Positions 28,224-37,839 are shown, counted from the stretch's first letter. The stretch: DNA of 64,000 nucleotides from an uncultured Pseudomonadota bacterium (GCA_964495945.1 CAZBWL010000001.1:181584-245583); one strand, 5' to 3'. Made by a program: numbers and translations. The notes: generated by a model from the sequence alone, not told the origin.

Positions 28224-28798
28224 CTATGTATTTGGACCTTGGCATACATAACAGTTTTTATTTGTAGAAATACGTTGCTTATGGCATTTGTCGCAGAGAA
28301 CTTCAAAGCATATCTCACAAGAAAGCGTATATAATGTTTCATTTTCAAAACACACGGAGCATTCTTGAGTTTTTTCTATAAATACTTTTTTAAGTAAGCC
28401 ATAGATAAATGAATCTTTTGCTTTTGATGTTTTGAGTATTTTTGGCCATATCTCTATTAAGGCGATTTTTTGATAGTATTCATTAAAAAATGAACGTAGC
28501 TCAGGTGGGTCTACTATGGGCGCTATTTCTGTTGAATCAAAATTTCGATAGAGCTGATAACACTGTATAAATCGAGAAACGAGGCTTATCCATTGTTCAG
28601 GATTATTATTGGGATTAGATTTTGAGTGTTCATGCGTAATCTGAGTTAGATAACGCTTTGTACGGAGCAGTTTTTTTTTTGAAACACTTCTTTAATGTAT
28701 TTGAGTGAAAATTGAGCTGGAAATAAGCACGAAAATCCCGAATGGACGCTTACAGTATGGCATAGAAGAGTAAGAAAAAATCCCGCTTTTTTATCCAT
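28224..28798 (-). pseudogene. frameshifted gene for a signal-peptide-bearing C4C4 RING-finger-like protein
   Basis: My manual translation gives MDKKAGFFLTLLCHTVSVHS...KEVFQKK up to the A10 run. One missing nt later it continues LLRTKRY...ECSVCFENETLYTLSCEICFEVLCDKCHKQRISTNKNCYVCQGPNT-stop. The span is 575 nt, i.e. 3n-1. No ORF of 60 aa or more was called here. Confidence 0.6.
28671..28680. repeat. T10/A10 homopolymer at the frameshift site
   Basis: Ten consecutive T on the + strand, in the Lys-rich stretch of the RING gene. One extra base would restore a 191-codon ORF. Confidence 0.9.
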
Positions 28799-28898
28799 TG
28801 TGATCCTTCACGATATGTTAAGACCATTTTTGTCATTCTACAATGAGTATGAGGCCTGTCAAAATCTGAGAGAAAGACATTAAAAGAACGAAATAATC

Positions 28899-29870
28899 TT
28901 AAAAAAACCACGTGGAAATATAATAGAAAAGAGGGATTCCGACTAAAATGTTAAATGGAAGCGTAATGCCAAGAGCGAGTGGCATGTATATCGCTTCTTT
29001 TGCATCTTTTGCATAAGTGCGCATTACTGCAGGAACGGCAATATATGAAGCGCTGGCAGTAAGCAGGGCAAATAGGATTGCAGATCCTTGGTACGTAACG
29101 AGATGTACAGCAATAAAAAGGCCTAGAATTCCATTGATAAGGGGTGTAACAATTCCAAATACAAATAAGGAGAGGTTGAAATGAGAAAAATGCTCCCGTT
29201 GTTGTGCAATTTTGATACCAATATCAAGCATAAAAAAAACAAGAAGGAGATTAAAGGGTGAGATAATTAAGGTGCTCAGCTTATCGAATGCCGCGACTCT
29301 GCAGAGATATCCTGTAAAGAATCCGACAAAAATCATGCTGATTTTTTTTGTTTGGATAATTGACTTGGTAATGGCATATAAAGAATCCATCAAAGATCGA
29401 TCGCTTTTTCCATTATAATATTTGATGATCAAAAGGCCGCTAAATAGAGCCGGAAGCTCCATAATTCCTGCAATGGCTGATAAAAAAGGATCGTATGGAA
29501 TGGCACGTTCTACTAAAAATGTAATTCCCGTAATGAACGTTACAATGCTGATGGAGCCATACTGGCTCGCAATCACAGCGCATGTTTTTCGATCAAGCGC
29601 TGTGCTGTATCTCAAAATTGCATAGCTTATAAATGGTTGAATGAATCCAATCAGCGTTCCAATGAAGGCAAGCGCAATGAGCGGAGGCGGACATTCCTGT
29701 GCGACTCCAAGGCATGCTCCGCCTTTAAATCCAACAATATAAATGAGATAAATTGAGATAAAATCGATCAATTTTTTGGGAAACTGAGCATGAGATACAA
29801 AGCCAACGATTCCTCCAAAAAGAAGGCTCACAATTGCGGGATTTAAAAAAAGTTGAAGCGCTGTGTTCAT
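28899..29870 (-). CDS. sodium-dependent bicarbonate transporter family (SbtA/DUF897-like) permease
   Basis: 323 aa with about 10 TM segments. The N-terminal pattern LNPAIVSLLFGG...IDFISIYLIYIVGFKGG matches my recollection of the Sbt_1 family. Confidence 0.55.
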   Translation of the reverse strand: MNTALQLFLNPAIVSLLFGGIVGFVSHAQFPKKLIDFISIYLIYIVGFKGGACLGVAQECPPPLIALAFIGTLIGFIQPFISYAILRYSTALDRKTCAVIASQYGSISIVTFITGITFLVERAIPYDPFLSAIAGIMELPALFSGLLIIKYYNGKSDRSLMDSLYAITKSIIQTKKISMIFVGFFTGYLCRVAAFDKLSTLIISPFNLLLVFFMLDIGIKIAQQREHFSHFNLSLFVFGIVTPLINGILGLFIAVHLVTYQGSAILFALLTASASYIAVPAVMRTYAKDAKEAIYMPLALGITLPFNILVGIPLFYYISTWFF

Positions 29871-29960
29871 GTAGTTTCTTACGTAATATATGAATAAGAT
29901 TATTCCGGTTAGTATACCGTAAAATGCTCAAAACTAAAAGCCGCCGCGAACATGGCGAAA

Positions 29961-30248
29961 TTAAGGAACATTTATAGCAATAAGGTCATTATCTATTTTT
30001 GATCTAAACTCTGGCTTCATAAGATTATAATCACTCAACTCTACTTCAAATGGAAGATCCGATTCTACGAGTTCTTCTTCAATGCGCGCTTGAATGGAGA
30101 GTGGAATAGGATCTTTAAAACAGAGATCTAAATCAGATAGTGGCCTATGGTTGCCCTTAACGCGAGATCCATATGCATAGAAGGTATAAGGATATTTTTT
30201 AAGAATCGTGAGCAGTATATGTTTATGCTTATTTTCAATGTATATCAT
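29961..30248 (-). CDS. nucleotidyltransferase domain protein (MNT-type, minimal)
   Basis: 95 aa. The motif YAYGSRVKGNHRPLSDLDLCF is the G-S-x(9-10)-D-x-D signature of pol-beta superfamily minimal nucleotidyltransferases. Confidence 0.7.
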   Translation of the reverse strand: MIYIENKHKHILLTILKKYPYTFYAYGSRVKGNHRPLSDLDLCFKDPIPLSIQARIEEELVESDLPFEVELSDYNLMKPEFRSKIDNDLIAINVP

Positions 30249-30290
30249 TGTTTTGATGCACCCTATTTTTGAATGAACGCAATCACTCTT

Positions 30291-30794
30291 TTAATAATAT
30301 TTATAAATAAGATAGGGAAGAGCCAAGGCTATGCATATATTTTTTATGTTTGCAAGTATTGTGCCAGCGTCAGCAATGTTAAAATTTTTCTCAAATTCCT
30401 CTGCGTGTGTGCATTCTTCAAGAGTATAAAAACAGCCCATTCCCATGACGCACCCTACTGTTCTAGAGTTTCTAGTGGCTATACTTGGGGGCTCTACTCC
30501 GGTTTGATCAGAATAGGTACACTCTATTTTTTCTACGATCAGTGGTGGTTTACTCCATGAAAAACTATTTTCATCAAAATTCCAGGCAAACGCAGTCGAT
30601 GAGCTGAAATTATCTCTCAGCTCATTAAGATATTGTCTTGTAATAAAATCGCGTGAGACATATGCCGCTCCTCCAGCTGCAGCAAGCGTCATCAAGATCC
30701 CTTTTTTAATTCGATTTTTGGCGCATTGAGAAATGCCAATAGTGTCAGTGATGATAATGCATAGCATAAGAAAAAATACATGTTTTTTAATCAT
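30291..30794 (-). CDS. hypothetical membrane/secreted protein (family with 30804..31334)
   Basis: 167 aa with an N-terminal signal/anchor, a second hydrophobic segment after a basic patch, motif EECTHAEE, then a C-terminal TM. Confidence 0.45.
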   Translation of the reverse strand: MIKKHVFFLMLCIIITDTIGISQCAKNRIKKGILMTLAAAGGAAYVSRDFITRQYLNELRDNFSSSTAFAWNFDENSFSWSKPPLIVEKIECTYSDQTGVEPPSIATRNSRTVGCVMGMGCFYTLEECTHAEEFEKNFNIADAGTILANIKNICIALALPYLIYKYY

Positions 30795-30803
30795 GATATT
30801 CCC

Positions 30804-31334
30804 CTACTTTCTGTAAATATGCTGTATTGCTTTGGCTGCGCATCCGAAATTAAGAGCGAAAGTCGGTAACAATGATCCGTAAAATGTTAATAAACATGCT
30901 TCTCTATAGGCTCGATTTGATTCATGTTCGCATTCTTTTAAAAGAATGAATGGGCTCGAAGCATTTTTAATGGAAGTAACATTGCATATTTCTTGTATTG
31001 TAGAAGAAATATTTGTGACAGGATTAATGGTATACAAGCACTGAGAATTGTCGTTATACAGGTTCATAGAGTCTTGATTATCAATAAGATGGCATGATGT
31101 GTAGTCCATATAGTTCTTTAAATTTGTAGTGCCTGCGAGCTCCATTGCTTCAGGGACTATGGCAATGCATGCCATTGCGCATATTCCTCCAATCCATTTT
31201 GCTTTACGCTTCATGCTCCATAGTATGTGAGTCGGAGTGGCTTCTGCGTCGGGAATAGGAGTCATTGCATGTATCGTGCTGCACAGCAATAGGCTGATAG
31301 CCACAGCGCATATATAATTATTGATAAGCTTCAT
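30804..31334 (-). CDS. hypothetical membrane/secreted protein
   Basis: Trimmed to MKLINNYICAVAISLLLCSTIHA. Basic patch KRKAKW followed by a TM, motif KECEHESN, then a C-terminal hydrophobic segment. Confidence 0.45.
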   Translation of the reverse strand: MKLINNYICAVAISLLLCSTIHAMTPIPDAEATPTHILWSMKRKAKWIGGICAMACIAIVPEAMELAGTTNLKNYMDYTSCHLIDNQDSMNLYNDNSQCLYTINPVTNISSTIQEICNVTSIKNASSPFILLKECEHESNRAYREACLLTFYGSLLPTFALNFGCAAKAIQHIYRK

Positions 31335-31719
31335 ACTTGTCTCTTTCAGAATCACTATTACCACGAAAGGCAATATATCCTATGCACATGGATCCCGATA
31401 TAACGATTATGTCGCGAGCAAGAGAAAAGGCTGTCCATGCCATGGCTTGATCATGATGGGAAGCATATTGAGGAGTCATGCTGCAATTAGATGATACTTG
31501 CTCCATGCCAATAAGGCCCCCGAGGGCTCCTATGTCGGGAACAAGCATACAGGTAGCTGCTGCAGTCCATAAGCATGCGGCTGCGAGTTTTTTCCCACAG
31601 CTCATTGTGCTCAAATGTTCAACTTTTCTCTCTTTGTGGGGAAGCAGGAGCTTTTTTATATCGTGTCCTGCAAAGAGAGATGTGGAGATGAAAAGAAGAA
31701 CGCTTATTTTTTTAATCAT
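31318..31719 (-). CDS. hypothetical membrane/secreted protein
   Basis: 133 aa with signal peptide MIKKISVLLFISTSLFA, a basic patch, and TM/Gly-rich segments LVPDIGALGGLIGM. It overlaps both neighbours by a few nt. Confidence 0.45.
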   Translation of the reverse strand: MIKKISVLLFISTSLFAGHDIKKLLLPHKERKVEHLSTMSCGKKLAAACLWTAAATCMLVPDIGALGGLIGMEQVSSNCSMTPQYASHHDQAMAWTAFSLARDIIVISGSMCIGYIAFRGNSDSERDKYEAYQ

Positions 31720-32326
31720 AAATTTTTGCTCCTAATTTTCGGAATAAAACTTTTAATGCGTTTTGTACGGAAGCACTATATTCTTCTGAAAGAAATGGAA
31801 TATCTTCGGGTTTTTGTTTTGAAATCATTGATTTCATTAAAGTTCTTTCTATTGTTTCCGTTACTCCGCGAATGAACGGAGTATTGAAAGAATCGCCTAC
31901 ATAAAAACAGCTTTTGCCGTTATTTATGAAAAAATAAATCATGTCATTTTCAATTTCTATAAATTTGCATCCAAGAGCTTCAAACTCCTTTGTATGGTCA
32001 ATAAAAATTTCCCACAAAGCATGCTGAGGGGAGTCTTTTTCAGGAGTTAAAGTATTTATATAAGGCTTGGATGCGAATTCTTGTATACTCGGTTTGTGAG
32101 GCAAACAGAGCTTTTTTTGTGATGAATGGGGGAGGGGCGCAGAGAGCGTACGTTCAGGTAGGGGCGTTGATGGACTACCTTCTGCAGCACGGTACGACCT
32201 CAAATTTTCTGAAGGGTTTTCTATTTCATCTTCACATTCACTCTTCGATGGCGAGGTTGGCTCTTGAGAAAAGGCACAGTGAAATGGTGCAGCGAGCAGC
32301 ATACATAAAATGTGGTTCTTCATCAC
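31712..32326 (-). CDS. hypothetical secreted protein
   Basis: 204 aa with signal peptide MMKNHILCMLLAAPFHCAFS and an acidic/Pro-Ser-rich linker. It is the first gene of a four-gene overlapping cluster. Confidence 0.45.
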   Translation of the reverse strand: MMKNHILCMLLAAPFHCAFSQEPTSPSKSECEDEIENPSENLRSYRAAEGSPSTPLPERTLSAPLPHSSQKKLCLPHKPSIQEFASKPYINTLTPEKDSPQHALWEIFIDHTKEFEALGCKFIEIENDMIYFFINNGKSCFYVGDSFNTPFIRGVTETIERTLMKSMISKQKPEDIPFLSEEYSASVQNALKVLFRKLGAKIYD

Positions 32327-32424
32327 AATCCAAAAAATACGAAAGCTTTCATGAATCCTCTCTTTTTTAAGAAATAATGGTATATCATTGTAGGATGAAA
32401 TGATTATTCATACAAGGAGAGATA

Positions 32425-33096
32425 ATGAGAGCATGGCCAGTAGTTTTACAGGCAATTATTTTTGATCATGATAACACAATTGCTGATACAGAGTCATTAT
32501 GGGTGCAAGCGGCAGATCGAATTTTGGAAGATCGGGGGATTGTACTTTCTGAGCATGAATATGATGAGCTTGCAAGAGATATGCTTGGGCTTGGAGCTGC
32601 GCTTACGACTCGAATGCTTATTAATCGATATCAATTGCCTGATAAGCCTTCGGATTTGTATGATGAAAAATGTCGTATTGTGCGGCAGCTATATCACTCG
32701 CATCTTTCGTTTATAAAAGGATTTCAGAAATTTGCGGAAAAAATTGTACAAAAAGGGCTTAAGCGAGCGATTGTGAGCAATAGTGACTCTGATTCATTGG
32801 CAATTTCGGCAGAAAAACTGCATCTTTATGAGATATTTGGAGATCATATGTACAATGTTTCTCATGTTCGCCATCCAAAGCCGGCTCCTGATCTGTATCT
32901 TTATGCGCTCAAGCAGCTAAACGTGAGGCCTGAAGATGCGATTGCGATTGAAGATTCTGCACGTGGAATAGCAGCTGCACAGGCTGCAGGAATTTTTTGC
33001 GTAGGGCTTAATAGTTCGCATGATCATTCGATTATTGAAAAAGCAGATCTTTGCATCGATCGGTATGATGAGCTAAATCTCGTTTTTCACAGCTAA
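32425..33096 (+). CDS. HAD-superfamily hydrolase (subfamily IA, beta-phosphoglucomutase-like)
   Basis: Motif I IIFDHDNTIADTE, motif II VSNS, and motif III/IV K...IEDSARGIAAAQAAG. Confidence 0.8.
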   Translation: MRAWPVVLQAIIFDHDNTIADTESLWVQAADRILEDRGIVLSEHEYDELARDMLGLGAALTTRMLINRYQLPDKPSDLYDEKCRIVRQLYHSHLSFIKGFQKFAEKIVQKGLKRAIVSNSDSDSLAISAEKLHLYEIFGDHMYNVSHVRHPKPAPDLYLYALKQLNVRPEDAIAIEDSARGIAAAQAAGIFCVGLNSSHDHSIIEKADLCIDRYDELNLVFHS

Positions 33097-33168
33097 TGAG
33101 ATTCTTTTTACATATTTCTCTATTCATTTTTTTGAGCACTATGCTACAAAAGGGCGAAGGGAGAGCGC

Positions 33169-33777
33169 ATGAAGATATGGTCTGTTGCTATTATCACTTT
33201 TTTCTATAGCTATTCAGCTGAAAAATGCGTTAATTATAACAAATGGTATGAAGATTTGGCTGTTAAAGAGCGAAGGATGTATCGCATTGAAAGAGATGGA
33301 GTGCCATACGAAAACGAACATTGTGATCTTTCTGCTATTCCGGATAAGGTTCTTTTTTGTTGGTTTTATATATACAGCTCTAAAGGTCCCTATAATTACG
33401 TAAAAGATATGGAAATCGCGCTTGAATTATGGAGTGAGTTTATTCAATATTGTCGCACGATAGAAAAATCTAAAAAATGTATGCTTTGGTCAAAATATGT
33501 CCAAATGCACAATGCGTTAACGGCTAAAAATATAATATTGTATCATAATAAGGCTGGGCGATTTTATGAAAAAGCCATGCGTGGGCTCAAAGATAAAAAT
33601 GATGATAATAAAAAGCGTATAAACATACCCTTTTTTTCAGCCTGTGGTATTCCTTTTGTGGAATGTTCTGAGGCTGAAAAAGCTCTTGATGCATTTATTA
33701 AAAAAAATGAGCGTCATGCTCCCAAGGATTATTGGACGCATAAAGAATATTTTGCGTATATGGGGATTAAAAATTAG
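33169..33777 (+). CDS. hypothetical protein
   Basis: 202 aa with a hydrophobic N-terminus. No recognised domain. Confidence 0.4.
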   Translation: MKIWSVAIITFFYSYSAEKCVNYNKWYEDLAVKERRMYRIERDGVPYENEHCDLSAIPDKVLFCWFYIYSSKGPYNYVKDMEIALELWSEFIQYCRTIEKSKKCMLWSKYVQMHNALTAKNIILYHNKAGRFYEKAMRGLKDKNDDNKKRINIPFFSACGIPFVECSEAEKALDAFIKKNERHAPKDYWTHKEYFAYMGIKN

Positions 33778-33798
33778 TTTCTCTAGGAGATTTTCATA

Positions 33799-36477
33799 AT
33801 GAATGCATACAACAAATCGATTAATCAATTAGAGCGAGAATTGTGTTCGAATAGCACGCGTGGACTTGCTGAGCAAGAGGCATTGCTACGATTGAGTAAA
33901 AATGGACCTAATAGCTTGCCAGAAGGAAGTCGAGATAGTTGGCTATTCATTTTTATTCGGCAATTTCAAAATCCCCTTATTTATGTGCTTTTAATTGCGG
34001 CTACTCTTATTTTTTTTGTTGGCAATCAAAAAATGGATGCATTTATTATTAGTGGCATTTTATTATTTAATGCTTTTATCGGTACCATTCAGGAGGGGCG
34101 CACTCGTAATATTATTGCGAGTTTAAAACAGTTTATTCAGGCAAAATCTGTTGTTGTTCGTGATGGAAAGCATCGCATTATTGATGAGCGAAATCTTGTC
34201 GTAGGGGATGTTATCGTTTTAAAAGAGGGTGAACGAGTTCCAGCTGATGCTCGTATAATACAGCAGGAGCATTTAGAAGTGGACGAAGCTATTTTGACAG
34301 GGGAATCAAGCCCAATTTATAAGCAATCAGAGCCATTAAGTGCTGAGCACGAAATTGTTGATCAAAAAAACATGGTTTTTAAAGGGACATATATTTCTTC
34401 AGGTTCGGGACTTGCTTTTGTAGTCGCAACAGGTAAGCAGACCCAGATCGGTATGTTGCAGCGATCTATTGAAGAAATCAATACTGATATCCCACTTAAA
34501 AAGGAACTCAATAGACTTTCGTACGTTATCATTTTCATTATATTTACGCTGTGCTGCTCTCTATTTTTGATAGGTCTTTTTTCGGGGCGCCCTGTCGCAG
34601 AATTGGTTACGATGTTGACGGCACTTTTCATTTGCGTTATTCCAGAAGGATTGCCCGTTGTTTTGACGCTTGTGCTTGTGACGGGGGCATATCGCATGGC
34701 AAAAAAACAAGTATTGATTAAAAATTTGCAAGGTGTCGAGGCTTTGGGACGTACCGACGTTATTGTTATTGATAAGACGGGTACACTTACTCGTAATGAA
34801 ATGATGGTTACGCGTGTTGTCACGTCTGATGCTGTTTTTAGTGTTAGTGGAGAAGGATATATTCAAAAGGGATCAGTTTTGAAAGATCATGCATTGATAA
34901 CAAAAGATGCTTATCCTGATCTTGCTCAGATGGCTAATGCCTCTGCATTGCTTAATTCCTCAACAATTTCATTTAACTCTCAATTGCAGCAGTTTGAAAT
35001 TAAGGGAGATCCGACAGAGGTTGCGTTGGGAATTTTTGCATCTAAATTAGGTATTTCAAAGGAATTATGCGAAAAAAAATATAAAAAGTTGTATGAGATT
35101 CCATTTAGCTCTAAACGAAAATTGCATGCAGGTTTTTATAGCTATAATGGAAAAGGAATAGCGTATATTATTGGCGCTCCTGAGACGCTTTTTCTTAAGG
35201 CAGACATCTGTCAAGAGCTTTGCAAGGTTGAGTGCGAAGCTCTTTTGCATGAAGGATTGCGAACCGTTGCAATAGCTATGCAAAATTTTACTATTCCAGC
35301 TGGTTTTATGACTGAGTTGGAGCGTCAAAATTATTATGAATTATTACTAGAGGCGCCGGTGAAGCTTCTTGGTATGTGCGGAATTCAAGATAGCATACGA
35401 TCAGATGTTGCGGCTGTCATTGATCAAGCTCGATCTGTTGGGCTTCGAGTCATTATGGCAACGGGCGATCACAAAGATACTGCGCTGTATGTTGCAAAAA
35501 AAGTCGGCATATATAAAAAAGGAGATGAAGTTCTTGAGGGAAAAGATTTAAAAACGATGTCAGATGAAGAACTTTCCTCTCGTCTCTTGAAAGTGACCGT
35601 ATGTGCTCGCGTATCTCCAGAGGATAAGGTTCGAATTATTAAAATGTTGCATGAACATAATAACATTGTTGCCATGACAGGAGATGGTGTGAATGATGTG
35701 CCTTCCTTACTCGCAGCAGACTTGGGTATAGCGATGGGTGGTATTGGGGTGGAAGTTACTAAGCAAGCATCAGATCTTGTGCTTCTTAATGATTCATTTA
35801 CGAGTATTATCAGTGCAATTGAGCAGGGTAGACATATTTTTTATACATTACGACGCGTTGTGTTATATTTTTTCGCAACGAATTTGGGAGAAATTTTTAT
35901 TGTTTTAGTTGCTTTGATGAGCTCACTCCCACTACCCCTTACGGCTGCTCAGATTTTATGGCTCAATTTTATAACGGATGGCTTTTTGGACGTTGGACTT
36001 TCTATGGAGCCGCAAGAAGATGATTTGCTTGCGGCACGTTGGTTGCACAGCAAGCGCCAACTTATTGACTGGAATATGATATTAAAGTCCATTTATTTTG
36101 CCATACCAATGGGACTTGCATCTTTATTGATGTTTGCACAGTGCTATACGGTGCCTGATTCTCTTGCATATGCCCGGACCATGACGCTTATTTGCATGGC
36201 GATGTTTCAATGGTTTAATGCGTGGAATTGCCGTTCCGAGTCAAAATCATTATTCACAATTGGAATAGTGAGCAATCGATGGCTGATTTTGGCAACGGGA
36301 TTTGTATTACTTTTGCAGTTTTTAGTGGTGTATGTACCGTTTTTGAGATTCATTTTTCAAACAGTTCCTTTGACGGGGTATGATTGGTTGCTCATTTTTG
36401 CAATATCATTTCCAATTGTGCTTATCGAAGAATTAAGAAAATATATTGTGCGTTTTTTTGAAAAAAGAGCGTCTTGA
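33799..36477 (+). CDS. cation-transporting P-type ATPase (type II, Ca2+/Mg2+-like)
   Basis: 892 aa. TGES actuator motif, phosphorylation site DKTGTLT, MATGDHKDTA, hinge TGDGVNDVPSL, and about 10 TM segments. Confidence 0.9.
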   Translation: MNAYNKSINQLERELCSNSTRGLAEQEALLRLSKNGPNSLPEGSRDSWLFIFIRQFQNPLIYVLLIAATLIFFVGNQKMDAFIISGILLFNAFIGTIQEGRTRNIIASLKQFIQAKSVVVRDGKHRIIDERNLVVGDVIVLKEGERVPADARIIQQEHLEVDEAILTGESSPIYKQSEPLSAEHEIVDQKNMVFKGTYISSGSGLAFVVATGKQTQIGMLQRSIEEINTDIPLKKELNRLSYVIIFIIFTLCCSLFLIGLFSGRPVAELVTMLTALFICVIPEGLPVVLTLVLVTGAYRMAKKQVLIKNLQGVEALGRTDVIVIDKTGTLTRNEMMVTRVVTSDAVFSVSGEGYIQKGSVLKDHALITKDAYPDLAQMANASALLNSSTISFNSQLQQFEIKGDPTEVALGIFASKLGISKELCEKKYKKLYEIPFSSKRKLHAGFYSYNGKGIAYIIGAPETLFLKADICQELCKVECEALLHEGLRTVAIAMQNFTIPAGFMTELERQNYYELLLEAPVKLLGMCGIQDSIRSDVAAVIDQARSVGLRVIMATGDHKDTALYVAKKVGIYKKGDEVLEGKDLKTMSDEELSSRLLKVTVCARVSPEDKVRIIKMLHEHNNIVAMTGDGVNDVPSLLAADLGIAMGGIGVEVTKQASDLVLLNDSFTSIISAIEQGRHIFYTLRRVVLYFFATNLGEIFIVLVALMSSLPLPLTAAQILWLNFITDGFLDVGLSMEPQEDDLLAARWLHSKRQLIDWNMILKSIYFAIPMGLASLLMFAQCYTVPDSLAYARTMTLICMAMFQWFNAWNCRSESKSLFTIGIVSNRWLILATGFVLLLQFLVVYVPFLRFIFQTVPLTGYDWLLIFAISFPIVLIEELRKYIVRFFEKRAS

Positions 36478-36580
36478 TGCTGCGTTTAAAGCCGAAAGCA
36501 GTTACATTCAATTTGACTTTATGCCAAGAGAACAGTACAGTACTTTTAATCTTGTAGCATTACAATAATAAGGGATTTTT

Positions 36581-37207
36581 ATGGCTAAGAAATTACTGTT
36601 GACTGTTGTTGTTTGTTCAATATCGGTACCAGGTCTTATTGGCAAAGATACTGAAGAAACAAAGTTGAATATAGTATTTGTTGATTCATTTAAAGCGATG
36701 CGCGAATGCAAGGATGGCTTGGTAGTAGGCAAAGAAATTGATACAGCGCGTGAAAATGCTTCAAAGCAGCTTCGTTCCGATGCTGAAAAGCTTGCCAAAA
36801 TGGAAGCAGAGCTGAAGAATAAAATGTCTACTTTAAAGCCACAAGAGCTTGCAAAGCAATCGAGAGATCTTGATAAAAGAAAGCGCGATTTAGAAGAAAT
36901 GCTTCGTGAAAAAGAAGAAGAAATTAAGATTACGATGCAGCAAAAAACTGAAGAACTCGCAATAAAAGTTGAAGAAGGTATTGTTGCTGTTGCAAAAGAA
37001 AAAGGTGTTGATGCGGTTATTGATAAAATGACTGGCCGTGTTATGTACACAAAAGATAATAATAAAGGCGATATTACGGTTGATGCAATTAAGTTTGTAG
37101 ATCAAAAATCAGAAAAGCTTGCGCAAGCCAGTTTGTCTGAGAAGGATCAAAAGACGGTAATCGCCCAGACGGATACTAAAGCAAAAGATGCTGCAAAAGC
37201 TGCATAA
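36581..37207 (+). CDS. skp: OmpH/Skp-like periplasmic chaperone
   Basis: 208 aa with a signal peptide, a long K/E-rich coiled-coil arm and the flanking beta segments typical of Skp (VAKEKGVDAVIDK). Confidence 0.6.
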   Translation: MAKKLLLTVVVCSISVPGLIGKDTEETKLNIVFVDSFKAMRECKDGLVVGKEIDTARENASKQLRSDAEKLAKMEAELKNKMSTLKPQELAKQSRDLDKRKRDLEEMLREKEEEIKITMQQKTEELAIKVEEGIVAVAKEKGVDAVIDKMTGRVMYTKDNNKGDITVDAIKFVDQKSEKLAQASLSEKDQKTVIAQTDTKAKDAAKAA

Positions 37208-37225
37208 TTAGCAAGCAAATTATAG

Positions 37226-37263
37226 GGTGATGCATATCGAGAGATACGCGTCACCTTTTTTTT
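37226..37263 (+). terminator. rho-independent terminator
   Basis: GGTGATGC...GCGTCACC stem containing an inner TATC/GATA stem, followed by T8. Confidence 0.6.
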
Positions 37264-37284
37264 GAACCACACTTTGGGGAACAT

Positions 37285-37818
37285 ATGCATCAAGCATCTC
37301 TTCGCGCGATAATTGGACTTGGAAATCCTGGCTCAAAATTTACCTATACCCGTCATAATGCCGGTTTTTTAGTGGTAGATCTTCTTGCTGATCGGCATGG
37401 AGGCGTCTGGCATGAAAAAGGGAATCTTTTATATGCGGATATTATGATCAATGGAAAACCGATTATTCTTATAAAGCCGCAAACATTTATGAATGATTCT
37501 GGGAAGGCGATTTCATTTTTGCAAAAAAAGGGAATTGGTCCTGATCAGACGCTTGTAGTTCATGATGAGCTTGAAAAGCCGTTCGGTTCAATTGCTTTTA
37601 AGTATGGGGGTAGCCATCGAGGCCATAATGGATTGCGTTCAATTATGGCTGTATGGGGGCCTGATTTTGAGCGATTGCGTTTTGGAATTGGTCGTCCAGA
37701 GCAAAAAGAGGACGTAGCGCAGTATGTACTTGAGCGCTTTGCATGCAGCAGTGCAGAGCTTGAGCATAAGCTGAATGAAGCGGCTGATTTTATTGAAAAG
37801 TGGTTGGCAGATAGTTGA
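37285..37818 (+). CDS. pth: peptidyl-tRNA hydrolase
   Basis: 177 aa with GLGNPGSKFTYTRHNAGF and GHNGLRS motifs. Confidence 0.9.
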   Translation: MHQASLRAIIGLGNPGSKFTYTRHNAGFLVVDLLADRHGGVWHEKGNLLYADIMINGKPIILIKPQTFMNDSGKAISFLQKKGIGPDQTLVVHDELEKPFGSIAFKYGGSHRGHNGLRSIMAVWGPDFERLRFGIGRPEQKEDVAQYVLERFACSSAELEHKLNEAADFIEKWLADS

Positions 37819-37839
37819 TTCAAAAATAATGCGTGATGT

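Noticed and set aside
28150-28900. An ORF-free 750-nt gap that might hide an RNA gene or regulatory region.
   Set aside because: Manual translation shows a single-frameshift protein gene instead (see the RING-finger finding). I saw no tRNA-like or other structured-RNA signature.
36508-37050. 180-aa minus-strand ORF rich in Ser/Phe.
   Set aside because: It is the mirror image of the K/E-rich skp coding strand. This is a typical antisense artefact of a compositionally biased gene.
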